The notes beneath the pieces were generated by a model that ran no database searches, was not told the origin of the DNA, and saw only the letters and a program-made list of their open reading frames with translations. A stretch of 64,000 bases of DNA, taken from the NCBI GenBank assembly GCA_964016885.1, contig OZ024742.1, forward strand, positions 74,338,001-74,402,000, given 5' to 3'. A program made the position numbers and the translations under genes. Source of the DNA: Eledone cirrhosa (Eukaryota). Of the stretch, positions 12,401 to 23,017 are shown piece by piece (the first letter of the stretch is position 1; each line of letters begins with the position of its first letter).

Positions 12401-14016
12401 TCTAGTCGATACCTATCGGCCTGTTGGAATTGGCCGATTAAATTTGTAAGACTGTTGTACCCCCCTCTACTAGGACATGCTCCTACATTGTCCCATTGTG
12501 CGTCTCGGATACCATTCCAGTCCCCAACTAAAAGCAAGGAGCGAGACGTTCACAGAAAGACTCTAGACGCTTAAAGAAGTCTGGCCGCGATTGCCCAGTT
12601 GGGGCATAAATGGCTACCAGTCTGAAGGCTCAATCTCCAACACTGTTCGCGTCTTGAACTACCAGTCTACCCTCCTGGTCCAAGTGTACTTGCTGTATTT
12701 CTTGGTCTATGTTTTTTTCCGAAACATGACAGCCACCCCCTCCACCTCCTGGCTGAGAGAGAGATGCGTAGATCTCAAAGTCATTGAAGATGGGGGATCC
12801 TGGACTCGGTGATGACTATCACATCTATACCGTGTGCCTAAGCTCGTTTAAAAGTTGGCGTTTCCAGGGCATCCCTAAGCCACGCACATTCACACTTCCA
12901 ACTCGTAAATTAACCATGCTGGTGGAGAAGAGTTGGCGAAAAAGGACGAAAAGATGCACTTACCTTTTCGTTTCCTGGAGATCGGGTTGTTAAATCTCTA
13001 TTTGGGTGCTGGTGGGGGTGTTGGGTGGGGTGGGGAAACATTTTAATAGGATGCGGTTAATAGGTTTTTGACAGGGATTGACAACGTCCTGCGAAAATTG
13101 TTCTTTTAATTTGTGGTAGGTTTCCATCGAAACCCTTATCAGTTTTAGGTGTGGTTAAGAGTCTGACTTGACAAAAGTTTTCCCCTCAGTTTCTACTTTG
13201 GGGTCTTCGGAGATGACCTCCATTATGTTTTTGTTGTTTGTGTTAATGTATGTGTATTGTTGTTTGTTTTTTTGTTGTGTTGTTTTGGTTTGTTGTTCAT
13301 TTTGTAGTTTTCTTTTTATGGTGGGCATTTGTGTTTGGGGTGGTGTTGGTGTTTGTTTTGCCGTTAGGTGGGGGGGGGGGGAGGGGGAGGGGGGGATTGT
13401 GATGGTGTTTGTATTGTTGTTTGTGTTGGTGGTTGGTGTTTTTATGGCTTTGCGGTGTCTCTCTTTTTTTTTAATTTCCGAGGCTCTCCTTCATCTTCAC
13501 TTGGGGATGGAGAAGTAGCCTCGTCTGACGATGAATCGTTATCAAGGGCGCGTGGGAGGGGTATGCTGTGTGGTGATAGTGTGTTTGTGTGTGTGATGTG
13601 GTAGTGTTGGATGGAGTGGGATGGGGTGGGACTGTGTTTTTCAGGGGAATTGTTTGCGTTTTTTCTATTGTTTGTGGTTGAGCAGTTGTTTGTTTTTGTG
13701 TGTTTGCTTGTTTTGTGTGTTGTTGTTGTGGTTTTGGTGTTGGTGTTGGTAAAAGTACTTTTGGGGGTGGTCGTGGGGGTGGAGGTGTTTGTTCATAAGA
13801 GGGGACAGGAGGCCTTTAAATGCGATGTGCTTGCGCATTTAAAACAATGTGCCCCCCCCCCCCTCCTTCTGCCGAAATGTGTATATAGTTTGTATTGTCT
13901 ACTGGCACTCTTTCTGGTATCTTGGAAATTCTGTCCGGTTTCATTTGGACCAAAATTTCCAAGCTTGTGCCGTTCCAGGTGTTTCTTGTTGATTTTTGAA
14001 TCGACAGTATTGTCAT
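9457..14016 (-). mobile_element. Tx1-B: decayed Tx1 LINE, 5'-truncated within ORF1
   Basis: RT ORF 10452-11495 (LDQSKAFDRVDH, AYADD), APE start MVNLRVGSVNVRGLG at 12917, ORF1 remnant 12960-14016; 3' end abuts (GATA)n. Confidence 0.9.
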
Positions 14017-14097
14017 AACCGGCTTCGGTTTATTTTGCGCATGTTTCTGGAAGTTAAGCCATAATTAACGTTTAAAGAATCTACATGATAAATATAT

Positions 14098-14398
14098 GTA
14101 TGGAACCGTAACTCCTGAGGGAGTCGTAGGGGCGCCATATTGACACATGGCGTTCCTTGGGCATTTTGTAAACCTGGCGGGGCCCATTTTCTCTCTAGGT
14201 CTAAATACAGCAGATTTCTTCCAGAAAGGAAATGAGAAAGAGGCATAGAAGAAGAATCGACTCCAGTACTAGACTGGTACTTAAATGGATAAAAAGCAAA
14301 GTTGACCTCGGAGGGATTTGAACTCAGAAAGTAGAGAGTCGGAACAAATACTGCAAAGCATTTTATTCGACGATCTAATGACTTTGACAATTCGCTGC
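14098..14398 (-). mobile_element. tRNA-derived SINE with a CCATAC-type tail
   Basis: B-box (gagttcaaatccc on minus) plus the core shared with other SINEs here; different 3' part ending ctacgactccctcaggagttacggttccatac. Confidence 0.7.
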
Positions 14399-14591
14399 AT
14401 ATCGTAAATATATACTGACACGTATATATCATTTTTGCAGAAAACAAAACAAGAAAAATCATAGCCATGCAAAATGACGTCATAATAAAAAAAACAAATG
14501 TGTGCTACATTTTAATATTTTAAAATTGTAATATCAACAACACATCCATCCATTTGGGTTTTGATTCAATTTTTTTTTTCAAAAGAAACTT

Positions 14592-16487
14592 ATGGACCAA
14601 TTTCTCGCGAATTTATTTTTATACATTCTTTGTTGTTCCTTTTGCGAAGTAATTATTGGAACTCAAAACTTCAAGCCTTTAGCTGCTTGGGTATATAATA
14701 TAAAAACCTCGCCCACCAACTGGACTAAAAGTAAACAAGATGTCTTGTATTTTAATCTTCAAACAAATAGAAATGACGTAGTGTTAAAATTGAAAAAAAG
14801 CTCACGAACGTATCAATCGTTTGATACGTATATTTCCAATTACAACGGTTTTCAGAAAAACAGAAACGAAAATGATACTACTTGTGATTACCTATCTGGT
14901 ATATACACGAACGAAAATGGTTATTTTGCAGTTCAATGTAAAAAGGAGCAAATACGCAATGAAACTTTCTATCAGTATCTTTTAACTGGAATGTTTTGTT
15001 TCCACGGTTTCTATTGCGCTCTCTATCCTGATATTTTTACACACGATATCAGAGGCTTCCACGGTAAATATGGACATTGGCATACAATATATTTTCTGCA
15101 AAGCATTCCATCACAGCATATGTGCTATGATATTTTGAAGAATAAGACAACCATTATAAATCCTCCATATAACTCACACCCTCGGAAAAAGCGAAGCTCT
15201 GAGGATTTAAATATTGAGTTAGCAGTTATATTGGATTATTCAATATATATACACTTCAAAGACGTAGCTCCAGGTAGGTGTCACTTAAAAACGGATAAAT
15301 TAATTCATATATATTATGAAACATTGATTTCACAGCTGAATATTGTGTTCAATACTTTGTCTACTTCAAAATATACTTTTAATGTAATATGTAAATACTT
15401 GGTTATTACTAAAACGAAATCTTATTTCAATTTGAAATATGATAATGAAACAGTCAACGCAACTGACCAATGGATTCGTTTTAAACGTTGGCTGAAGCTT
15501 TCAGACTATACTAGTGATGTCGATCATATATTGTTTATAACATTACAAAATGTATCATTGAATCTATCACATATAGATGGCTATGAGAAAGCTGGAATAT
15601 GTTCAAAAGATTCTATCAGTATCGTTGTTGAAATGCTAACCCTAAGAACCGCTTTATTTGCAGTGCAACTAATAGGACATAGACTTGGAATACCTTACGA
15701 TTTAGATGACACAGATTGCCTTTCCAAATATAGATACGTTATGTCGCCAAAACTCAATTTTGTCATGCGTTCGGTTTATAACACAAATATGTTTTCATTT
15801 TCAAAATGTTCACGAAACGTCATATTAAAGATCTTCAACTTAGGCCGCAATAATAATAGATACGGTTGTTTGTGGCGAAAAAACTCTACACATACACATC
15901 ATCTTAATACTCAATTGAAACCAGGTCAATGGATCAGTGCGAACCAGCAATGCTATTATAGGTTTGCAAAGGAATCGAATGCATACAAATGTGAAAGGGA
16001 GAATTTTCATGACTCCAAGAGTTTCTGTATGAATATGAATTGTTATAATAAAGGTAAGTGTGATAAAATGATGCCACTCGAAGGTACAACATGTGGCAGA
16101 AGAAAGTGGTGCGTTAAAGGATTCTGTATGCCAAGCAATTCTCTCCCGGATATTCCCATGAGTTGTTGGCTAGGGGACAAATTTCTAGGAACATTTCCGA
16201 ATTTAAATGCCACATGTCACGGTGCTACATTTGACAGAAATTTCTTATGTTACTATGAAGATTTCGCCACTAAATGTTGCTGGACTTGTGCAGCATTAAG
16301 CAGGAAATCAAACGATTGCAATTATGGGGATAGAATTAGTGGGTGTCGTAGAAAACTCTGTAACTTTTATAACAGTTTAATGAAAAGGAAATGCTGTGAA
16401 ACCTGTACACCACACAACAGTTCCCCAGAATACCCGAAGACAATTTTATATATGTATATTTTACAATACTTAATTTGGTTTATATGA
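14592..16487 (+). CDS. ADAM/ADAMTS-like (reprolysin M12B fold) protein, predicted catalytically inactive, single coding exon
   Basis: 631 aa: N-terminal signal peptide, prodomain, RKKR furin site, IELAVILD strand, AGICS, degenerate zinc motif QLIGHRLGIPYD, Met-turn YVMSP, FSKCS, ADAMTS-type Cys-rich domain (PGQWISANQQC..EGTTCGRRKWCVKGFC), two C-terminal CCxTC modules, hydrophobic tail. Confidence 0.85.
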   Translation: MDQFLANLFLYILCCSFCEVIIGTQNFKPLAAWVYNIKTSPTNWTKSKQDVLYFNLQTNRNDVVLKLKKSSRTYQSFDTYISNYNGFQKNRNENDTTCDYLSGIYTNENGYFAVQCKKEQIRNETFYQYLLTGMFCFHGFYCALYPDIFTHDIRGFHGKYGHWHTIYFLQSIPSQHMCYDILKNKTTIINPPYNSHPRKKRSSEDLNIELAVILDYSIYIHFKDVAPGRCHLKTDKLIHIYYETLISQLNIVFNTLSTSKYTFNVICKYLVITKTKSYFNLKYDNETVNATDQWIRFKRWLKLSDYTSDVDHILFITLQNVSLNLSHIDGYEKAGICSKDSISIVVEMLTLRTALFAVQLIGHRLGIPYDLDDTDCLSKYRYVMSPKLNFVMRSVYNTNMFSFSKCSRNVILKIFNLGRNNNRYGCLWRKNSTHTHHLNTQLKPGQWISANQQCYYRFAKESNAYKCERENFHDSKSFCMNMNCYNKGKCDKMMPLEGTTCGRRKWCVKGFCMPSNSLPDIPMSCWLGDKFLGTFPNLNATCHGATFDRNFLCYYEDFATKCCWTCAALSRKSNDCNYGDRISGCRRKLCNFYNSLMKRKCCETCTPHNSSPEYPKTILYMYILQYLIWFI

Positions 16488-16984
16488 TTTATTATCTATT
16501 ATTTAAAAAAAAATTTATCTTAAATCGTTTCTTAGAAAATTATAATGGTCTGTATAAAAGAATGTTTATTGTGTTTTGATTTCAATGTATAATCGCATAC
16601 TCCCTATACATTATACAACTTATTTAGCCTGATTTGTTTAATTAAAAGATGTTTATTAAAAGATGACACCAGCCTGATTTTTCCAAGTCCTAACAATTCA
16701 TCGTGTCAATTCCTTAATTCATTAATTTTGACTTCTAAAACTGGAGATAAATATTACTAGCAACTTCTTTATTTTGAAATTTGAAATACTTTTATTCTGA
16801 ATATTTAATTCTGTTATAAAACAGCTGAGATAATTTAACAATTTTATTGTAAACATTAAAAAATCGATTTATTTACAGATTTTTTGTTGTAAAAAGTTAC
16901 ATTAAAATTTATATAAATTTTATTAAAATTAGAGATTTACACCTCTCACATTCAACCACCTCTCACCCCCAATTATACTAAGAT

Positions 16985-19410
16985 CATTTCTGGGAGGGTT
17001 GTATCTTCTTCCACTTATTCCTTCTAGGGAATCACATCAGAAACAACCGTTTCCAATGGAACCAGTCGGACCAGCTGAGCTCATGCCATCCATTCATCTT
17101 ACTCTGGGTCTCCTGTCGGCTGGTTTTACAAGTAAAATCTGTCTAGCAATTCTTTCTTGAGACATTCTACCATATGCCCATTGAATCGGAGCAGTGATCT
17201 CTCTCGGAAACGTAGTGGCTCTACCTGGAGAAACTCTGATTTCTGTGCTACGCACTCTATCGAGTAACGTTACTCCAAAGACTCTTCAGAGTAAACCCAT
17301 TTCGGCCGCTTGTATTCGCGATCGTATTTTTTCGGTCATTTCCTAAAAAACCATGACTATAGGTAAGGGTTTGTACCAATACTGAAATGAAGATAATCAG
17401 TTTAGCTTTTACATCTATCTCCCTTCTGATGACTGAATGCTGGAGCTGACGCATTACTTCACCAGCTCCTGAAATTCTTGCACTTCATTAAATCTCTTGA
17501 TAGATACTTGAACTTCTCCACTGACATGTAGAGGCACTGCACAGGCTGCCATGCGAGGACAAACGAGTGTCTCAGTCATCACAGTACTGATTTTCATTCT
17601 AGCTATGCAGCACTCGACAGAAAACCTATCAAGTGCATGTCGGAGATCACCTTCTGACGACTTATATGCATTCGCCAGTCTTGATACCACTTCCAACCCG
17701 GTTGCGCATATCAATACAGTCTATGAAAATTATGAACAGGAGCAGTGGCAGTACGCATCGTTGGCGGAGTCCAGCACCCACTTTGAATGGCTTCAACTTA
17801 ACACTCTTTATCTGGACACAAATAACAGGGCAGTCGTCTAGAGACATCAGGGCAACAAGAAGCCGTCTATCGATCCCATACTCTCTCAGAACATTTCGTA
17901 ACGTGTCATAGAACACGGTCATATGCCTTTCCTAGGTTTACGAAATAAGCATATACCTCTTAGTAATACTCCCACGATTTCTCGAAGACCTGCCGTAGTG
18001 TGACTATTTGGTAGGCTAAACTGCGTCCAGGGTGAAAACCACACTGTTCATCAGCTAGCTTGAACTCGACAATATCCTTACATCACTTTGCCAGACACTT
18101 AGCATAGACTTTATCGTGAAGGCTTAACAAGGAAATACCTCTCTTGTCTCCCTTTCGAAAATTTGAATTATCTCCCCTGATTGCCATTGCTTAGGTGCCT
18201 TATCAGAGAGTGGGGTCTATTTATTACTAAATCGGCGGATGGTCTTGGATTCCAGTTTAACGCCAAAGTCCTCCCATGTCTTAACTTTGAACGCCTTTAC
18301 TATCATTGTTGCGACTTTTCGCGCATGCTTGTAGTGCAAGTGCAAGAAAGAGGATTTATTTTCAAGTCAAACTTTGTAAGCCTCCTTCTTTGTTCGGATG
18401 GCATCTTTGGACTTTTGATTGAACAAAGGGGTCCTCCTGCCACCTGGCGCCACACCAAGCCACTTTCATCAATAGCATTTAACAGCTGAAGCAGAAATTG
18501 CCGAGTTGGAGTTCTCTAAGTTTGAATGAAATAGTACCCGCATACCTTGTCCTGACCTCCTTATCCACCAATGCTTCCCACCTTGGGCGAGCTGGACATG
18601 TCAGTTTTGTGGGTTTTTTTGCCTTTAGGTAGACTCAGATTGCAAATCAGTTGACAGCTCAGCCCATCTCTTAATCCAGCACAAAATCGAAGAGATCAGA
18701 GACAATAACATAATCAGTTATCGATCTCTGTTCTCGATTTCCCTTCTATCATGTATATTTATGGATATCTCTGTGCTGGAAGAAGGTGTTCATAATAGAG
18801 ATCCCATTACTAAACAAGGAGTCTTATAAGACCCATCCATTCTTGTTTAGATCGGGATCGCCCTTCCTTCCAATCACACTATTTTATGTCAGGTGTTCAG
18901 TGCCAACATGTGCATTCATGTCTCTCATTAGGATACGTGACTCATTCTTAACTACATCTAACGCTGCAGTGATCTCATCAAGGAAATATGGTGGATAAAC
19001 TCGCATCATCCACCTTTCAGCCTAATCTTCAAGAGTCAAATCCACCTCCCCAATGGTATCCAGTCCACAACACATTCTGGGGCTTGTGAGTATTTCCCCT
19101 CTCGCTGTGCAGTCATTTCTGTCACCACACCTGAATAGTGGAGTTTCTATCCTCCATCGAAATCTATATTACCAGAGCTACGGAACTTTTGAGGAAACCC
19201 TAACTATATCTAGCCGGTAACATCTGACCTCCTCCATTAGTTCTGGTACCCTACTTGTAAGGGTTGTAGCGTTCCAGTTGCCAATTAGTGTTTGGTCCCT
19301 TCTGAATCTATTTTGGGTTGTCGGGATATGCAACCTTTATGCGTCTATCACACACCTTCCATGACAGGTCGCAGGATCATCGCCAGTTTTTGCACCGTTG
19401 GCTGGAGACT
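16985..19410 (-). mobile_element. Decayed RTE-clade LINE
   Basis: Fragments LIGNWNATTL (APE start ~19290), PFKVGAGLRQRCVLPLLLFIIF (RT), LRHALDRFSVECCIARMKIST, VKAKLIIFISVLVQTLTY; many stops and indels. Confidence 0.8.
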
Positions 19411-19494
19411 GCAGTATAATTTTCGAACATTTCTCTATCTATTGCAGTATTTAGTGGTTTTATTTGCGTCAGTCCCCAATGTAGTACTTTTCTC

Positions 19495-19745
19495 AGACTC
19501 ACGTGGCCTAGTAGTTAGGGTTTTGGACTTGCAATCACAATGTCGTGTGTCGGATACCAGGGTCGAGTTGTGTGTTGTGTTCTTGAGCAAAACACTTCAT
19601 TTCACGTTGCTTCAGTATACTAAGCAGAAAATGAGTACCAACAGTAGCTGGGTATTTAACCTTGCGATGGACTGGCGTTTTGTTCAGGGGGCGGGGGGGG
19701 GGGGGGTCTTGTACTTTTACTCGCTAAACGCCAAGGAAACCGAGA
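19495..19745 (+). mobile_element. tRNA-derived SINE with CORE-like central box
   Basis: A-box tggcctagtagttagg, then gttgtgttcttgagcaaaacactt box. Confidence 0.65.
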
Positions 19746-20199
19746 TATTGAGACAGATTTTAGACTGTATTGATGCTGATTATGAATATTATCAACAATA
19801 TGGCCGTGAGAAAATACTTCAACGAAACATTTTATGTATTAAATACAAACGAAGTCTCACATTTGTAATATAGTTGAAATTGTGAAATTGTCTAAGTAAT
19901 CAGTAAACAAAAATGCCTGGAGGGGTATTTAAATTCTAAAACCAAAAAGTAAAAAAGTGCTGGTTACCTAATGAGTCGGCATAATCAGCTATTTCTTTCT
20001 TCCAAATCTGTTCCTATGTCAGAAAGCAAAGCGAAATATGTGTACAGTATACAATTCGTGATAGATGAAAAGCTCGCGTATTTGACAATATAATATTTAC
20101 TTAGTAACCGCAACATTTAAAAGGGACATAATTCCATTTCAGACTGGTTATAAATGAAGAGTTAATGCTAAGAGGGCCATCAGTTTATCGTTGGCCCTT

Positions 20200-21440
20200 C
20201 TGACAAGCACGAAGTTTTTAACATTTTGTTGGTATGGTTTTATTTGTTTTCGTTTTGGTGACTGTGGTGGTGATGGTTTTGGTGGTGTCGTTTCGGGTAT
20301 GTCTGTGTTTGTTGTAGGTGTGGTGTCTGCAATTTCAGGTATTTATTTGTTTATTTGTACTTGTGTTTTTTTAGGTTATTTGCGTTTCGGGGGTGGTGGT
20401 GGGGGTGGGGTCGAGGTTGCTGATGGTGCTGATGTTATTGGGGAAGTGTTTGCGTTAGTGGTGTCTGTATTTTTCGTTGTGTATGTTTTTGTGACTTGTT
20501 GGGGCTTTTTTTTTTGGTGAGTTTTCTGGGTTTTTTTCACTTTTGGGTTTTCCTTCATCTTCGCTGCTGGAAGACAAAGGGTCTGTGGCTGTGAGTGTCT
20601 CTGTGTCTGTGTGTGCGTTTATTGTTTTGTCTATGTGTATAATTGGGGGAGTGGGAGAGCTTTCCTCGTTTTCCCCTTGAATTGGTTGTGGTGTTGGTGG
20701 TGATCCGGCTGTTTTTGATGTTGGTGTCCTGTCTTTGTTGGTGTTGTTTTTGGTGGTGGTGGTGGTGCAGCTTTCCGTGCTGACACTGGCGTTGGCAACA
20801 AAGGAGGTTTGCGACCCCCTGCATTTTTGCGCTGAGGGCAGAAGGCTTGCAGATGCGTTGCTTCCCCGCAGACGAAACAGCGTGACCTTCTTCCGTCAGT
20901 GATTAGTTGGATTGTTGTCCCGTCCTGCAGGCGGGCAAAATCCGGGATGTTGTTCATGTCCTCCAGTTTCATTTGGAGAAGAATCTCTAAATCCATTCCG
21001 GACCAGTCCTCTCTCTCTGTCCTTTTGATATCGAGGAGGGTAGTGTCTGTCCACTTCTCGATTACGCATCTCAGCAGCCACCATATGTTCATTCCTGGTG
21101 GGATGCTGGGAATGCGGACCTTTACTGTCCCTTTACCCATTTAGGACGGATGCATGATAATGCGTTCCGTTCTGCAGAGGGTCACCGAGTGCTTAATAGC
21201 AGGGGCCTCGGTTTTGAACAGTACCGAGATGGTACCGAACTGTTTGCCTCTTGCTTTATACTCTATGTTACTTCCGATGTACTCGAAAGCAGCCTCTACC
21301 TCTGCTTGGTGGGCAAGTTCAACTGTTCGTGTCTGCACCGAAATGCATCGAAAGTACACCGCCCTCCTTTGCATGGCCGCTATTGCCCCGTCCGGGATGG
21401 TCGGGTTTGCCCAGGACTTCTCCCGTTTAATTAGCCTCCA
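20200..21440 (-). pseudogene. Isolated Tx1 ORF1 fragment (another ORF1 type)
   Basis: ORFs 21141-21374 and 20631-21140: RGKQFGTISVLF, DGRRSRCFVCGEATHLQAFC, homologous to ORF1 of Tx1-D/F. Confidence 0.8.
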
Positions 21441-22805
21441 CTTCGGAGGGACATTTGTGGAGAAAGCCCATTAAAAGGCCACAGTGACCCTGACCATCAG
21501 GGCAAGTGCCCTCTCCCAGTTTTCCACCTTTAATTTACAGACACATACTCAGAGTAGGCCCATTCACTCTGGCCATTCTTGCTTCTCTCACCCATCTTTC
21601 AACAAAATGCTGGGAAGAGACCACTTCCCTCTCTACCCTGATTTTCCTTTTCAAATGAAATTTGAAAAAGTTAATCAGGGCATCACCGAAGAGGTAAGTG
21701 CTCGTCTTCAGCCCTTTCAAACGTGTCCACCATACTATCTCTTTCGCCATGGCCACCAGACAGATATAAACTGCCTGCCCTTCCCGGCTAAAGGAAGAGG
21801 GTGGAGCAATCCTCACGATGGACTCAGCTGATAGCCGGATCCGTCCTACACGCAACAGCAGGTGTTCGACATAAACCCACAAGTCAGCAATTCTCGGACA
21901 CCTGACGAGTGCGTGCAGGACGGTTTCGTCGCCTGCGCGCATCTCGGACATGCCCGGCTGACGGCACCTCCATGCCTGTAGAGTTTATCCCGAACTGGCA
22001 AGTCTCCTCGGTAGCACTGCCAGGCCAGCGATTTCTGGAAGTTGTCCACAGGCCCCGGCCCGAAAGTTCTTCCGAAGAGATTGGCTAGTTGATTTTCGTC
22101 GAGGCCTAGAGTTTCCCCAAGTACGTCGTTGCTCTTCCCCTCCACTAATCCTCTATAGAACACCGAGGTGGAGTTTCCACCGTTCACATTGCCCGATTGG
22201 TCGAGGGCTGTGAGCGCCTGAAGACATTCCAGTCTCCAAGCGCTCCCTCTCGGTCTTCGCTTGACCCAGGACTGCAGCTCCGTCAAGGAAACGCGCTGGA
22301 GAAAGACGCGTCTAGCAAACGGCGACCACACCTGATCACCGTCGAGGAAGAGGTGGAGATGTCGTAGCCTGAGCGCGTGTCTGCACATCATCAACCACGG
22401 CATTCCCAGTCCTCCACGTAGCGGGTGTTGACAACAGATGGACCATCTGACCATCGGAGCGCGTCCCTTCCACAAAAGGCGAAAGAGCAAACGCTCCAGC
22501 GCAGTCAGGCTGGGATTAGGACAAGGTACGACGGTCAGGCGGTAGTAGATGACGGACGCGATGTACGCGTTAGCCACCTCCGCTCGACCTTTCAGGGATA
22601 GCTTCCTCTCCGCCCATTTCTGGGTGAGAGAAGCCACCCTGCTCGTCACCTCGTCCCAGTTTTTGTCCGTCTGGAGGTCCGGACCGAACCAGACCCCTAG
22701 CAATTTAACAGGTCCGTCCGTCCAGCGCCCGACGACGCTGTTGGACGGCATGGACCTCCCTCTCCAGGTGCCGAGCTGCAGGCCCACTGACTTTTCCTGG
22801 TTGAT
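21441..22805 (-). mobile_element. Tx1-C: 5'-truncated Tx1 (ORF2 C-terminal third), 3'UTR also clipped
   Basis: Near-identical to 27123-28489; 5' junction in (AAT)n. Confidence 0.9.
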
Positions 22806-22842
22806 AATAATGATCCTGGTTGATAATAATAATAATAATAAT

Positions 22843-23017
22843 GGTTTCTACTTTAGGCACAAGGCCAGCAATTACCCTGTGCATTACTGGTACTTTATTT
22901 TATCGACCTCGTAAGGATGAAAGGCAAAGTCAACCTCGGCGGGATTTGAACTCAGATCGTAAAGGGACGTAACTATGCTGGAAAGCATGGCGTCCGACAC
23001 TCTACCGATACTGCCAA
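22843..23017 (-). mobile_element. tRNA-derived SINE, (ATT)n-tailed, lacking ~10 nt of 5' end
   Basis: A-box tggcagtatcgg and B-box gagttcaaatccc on minus; tail into (AAT)n 22824-22842. Confidence 0.85.

Noticed and set aside
16505-16513. Poly(A) remnant marking retroposition of the ADAMTS-like gene
   Set aside because: Only 9 A's in very AT-rich DNA, with no upstream AATAAA and no TSD found.
19340-19480. HDV-like ribozyme in the RTE 5'UTR (tcctgcgacc..gg on minus)
   Set aside because: A loop-like word is present but P1/P2/P3 pairings could not be built; too decayed to claim.
19292-19873. 193-aa ORF
   Set aside because: Runs across an RTE UTR, a SINE and unique DNA; chance ORF.
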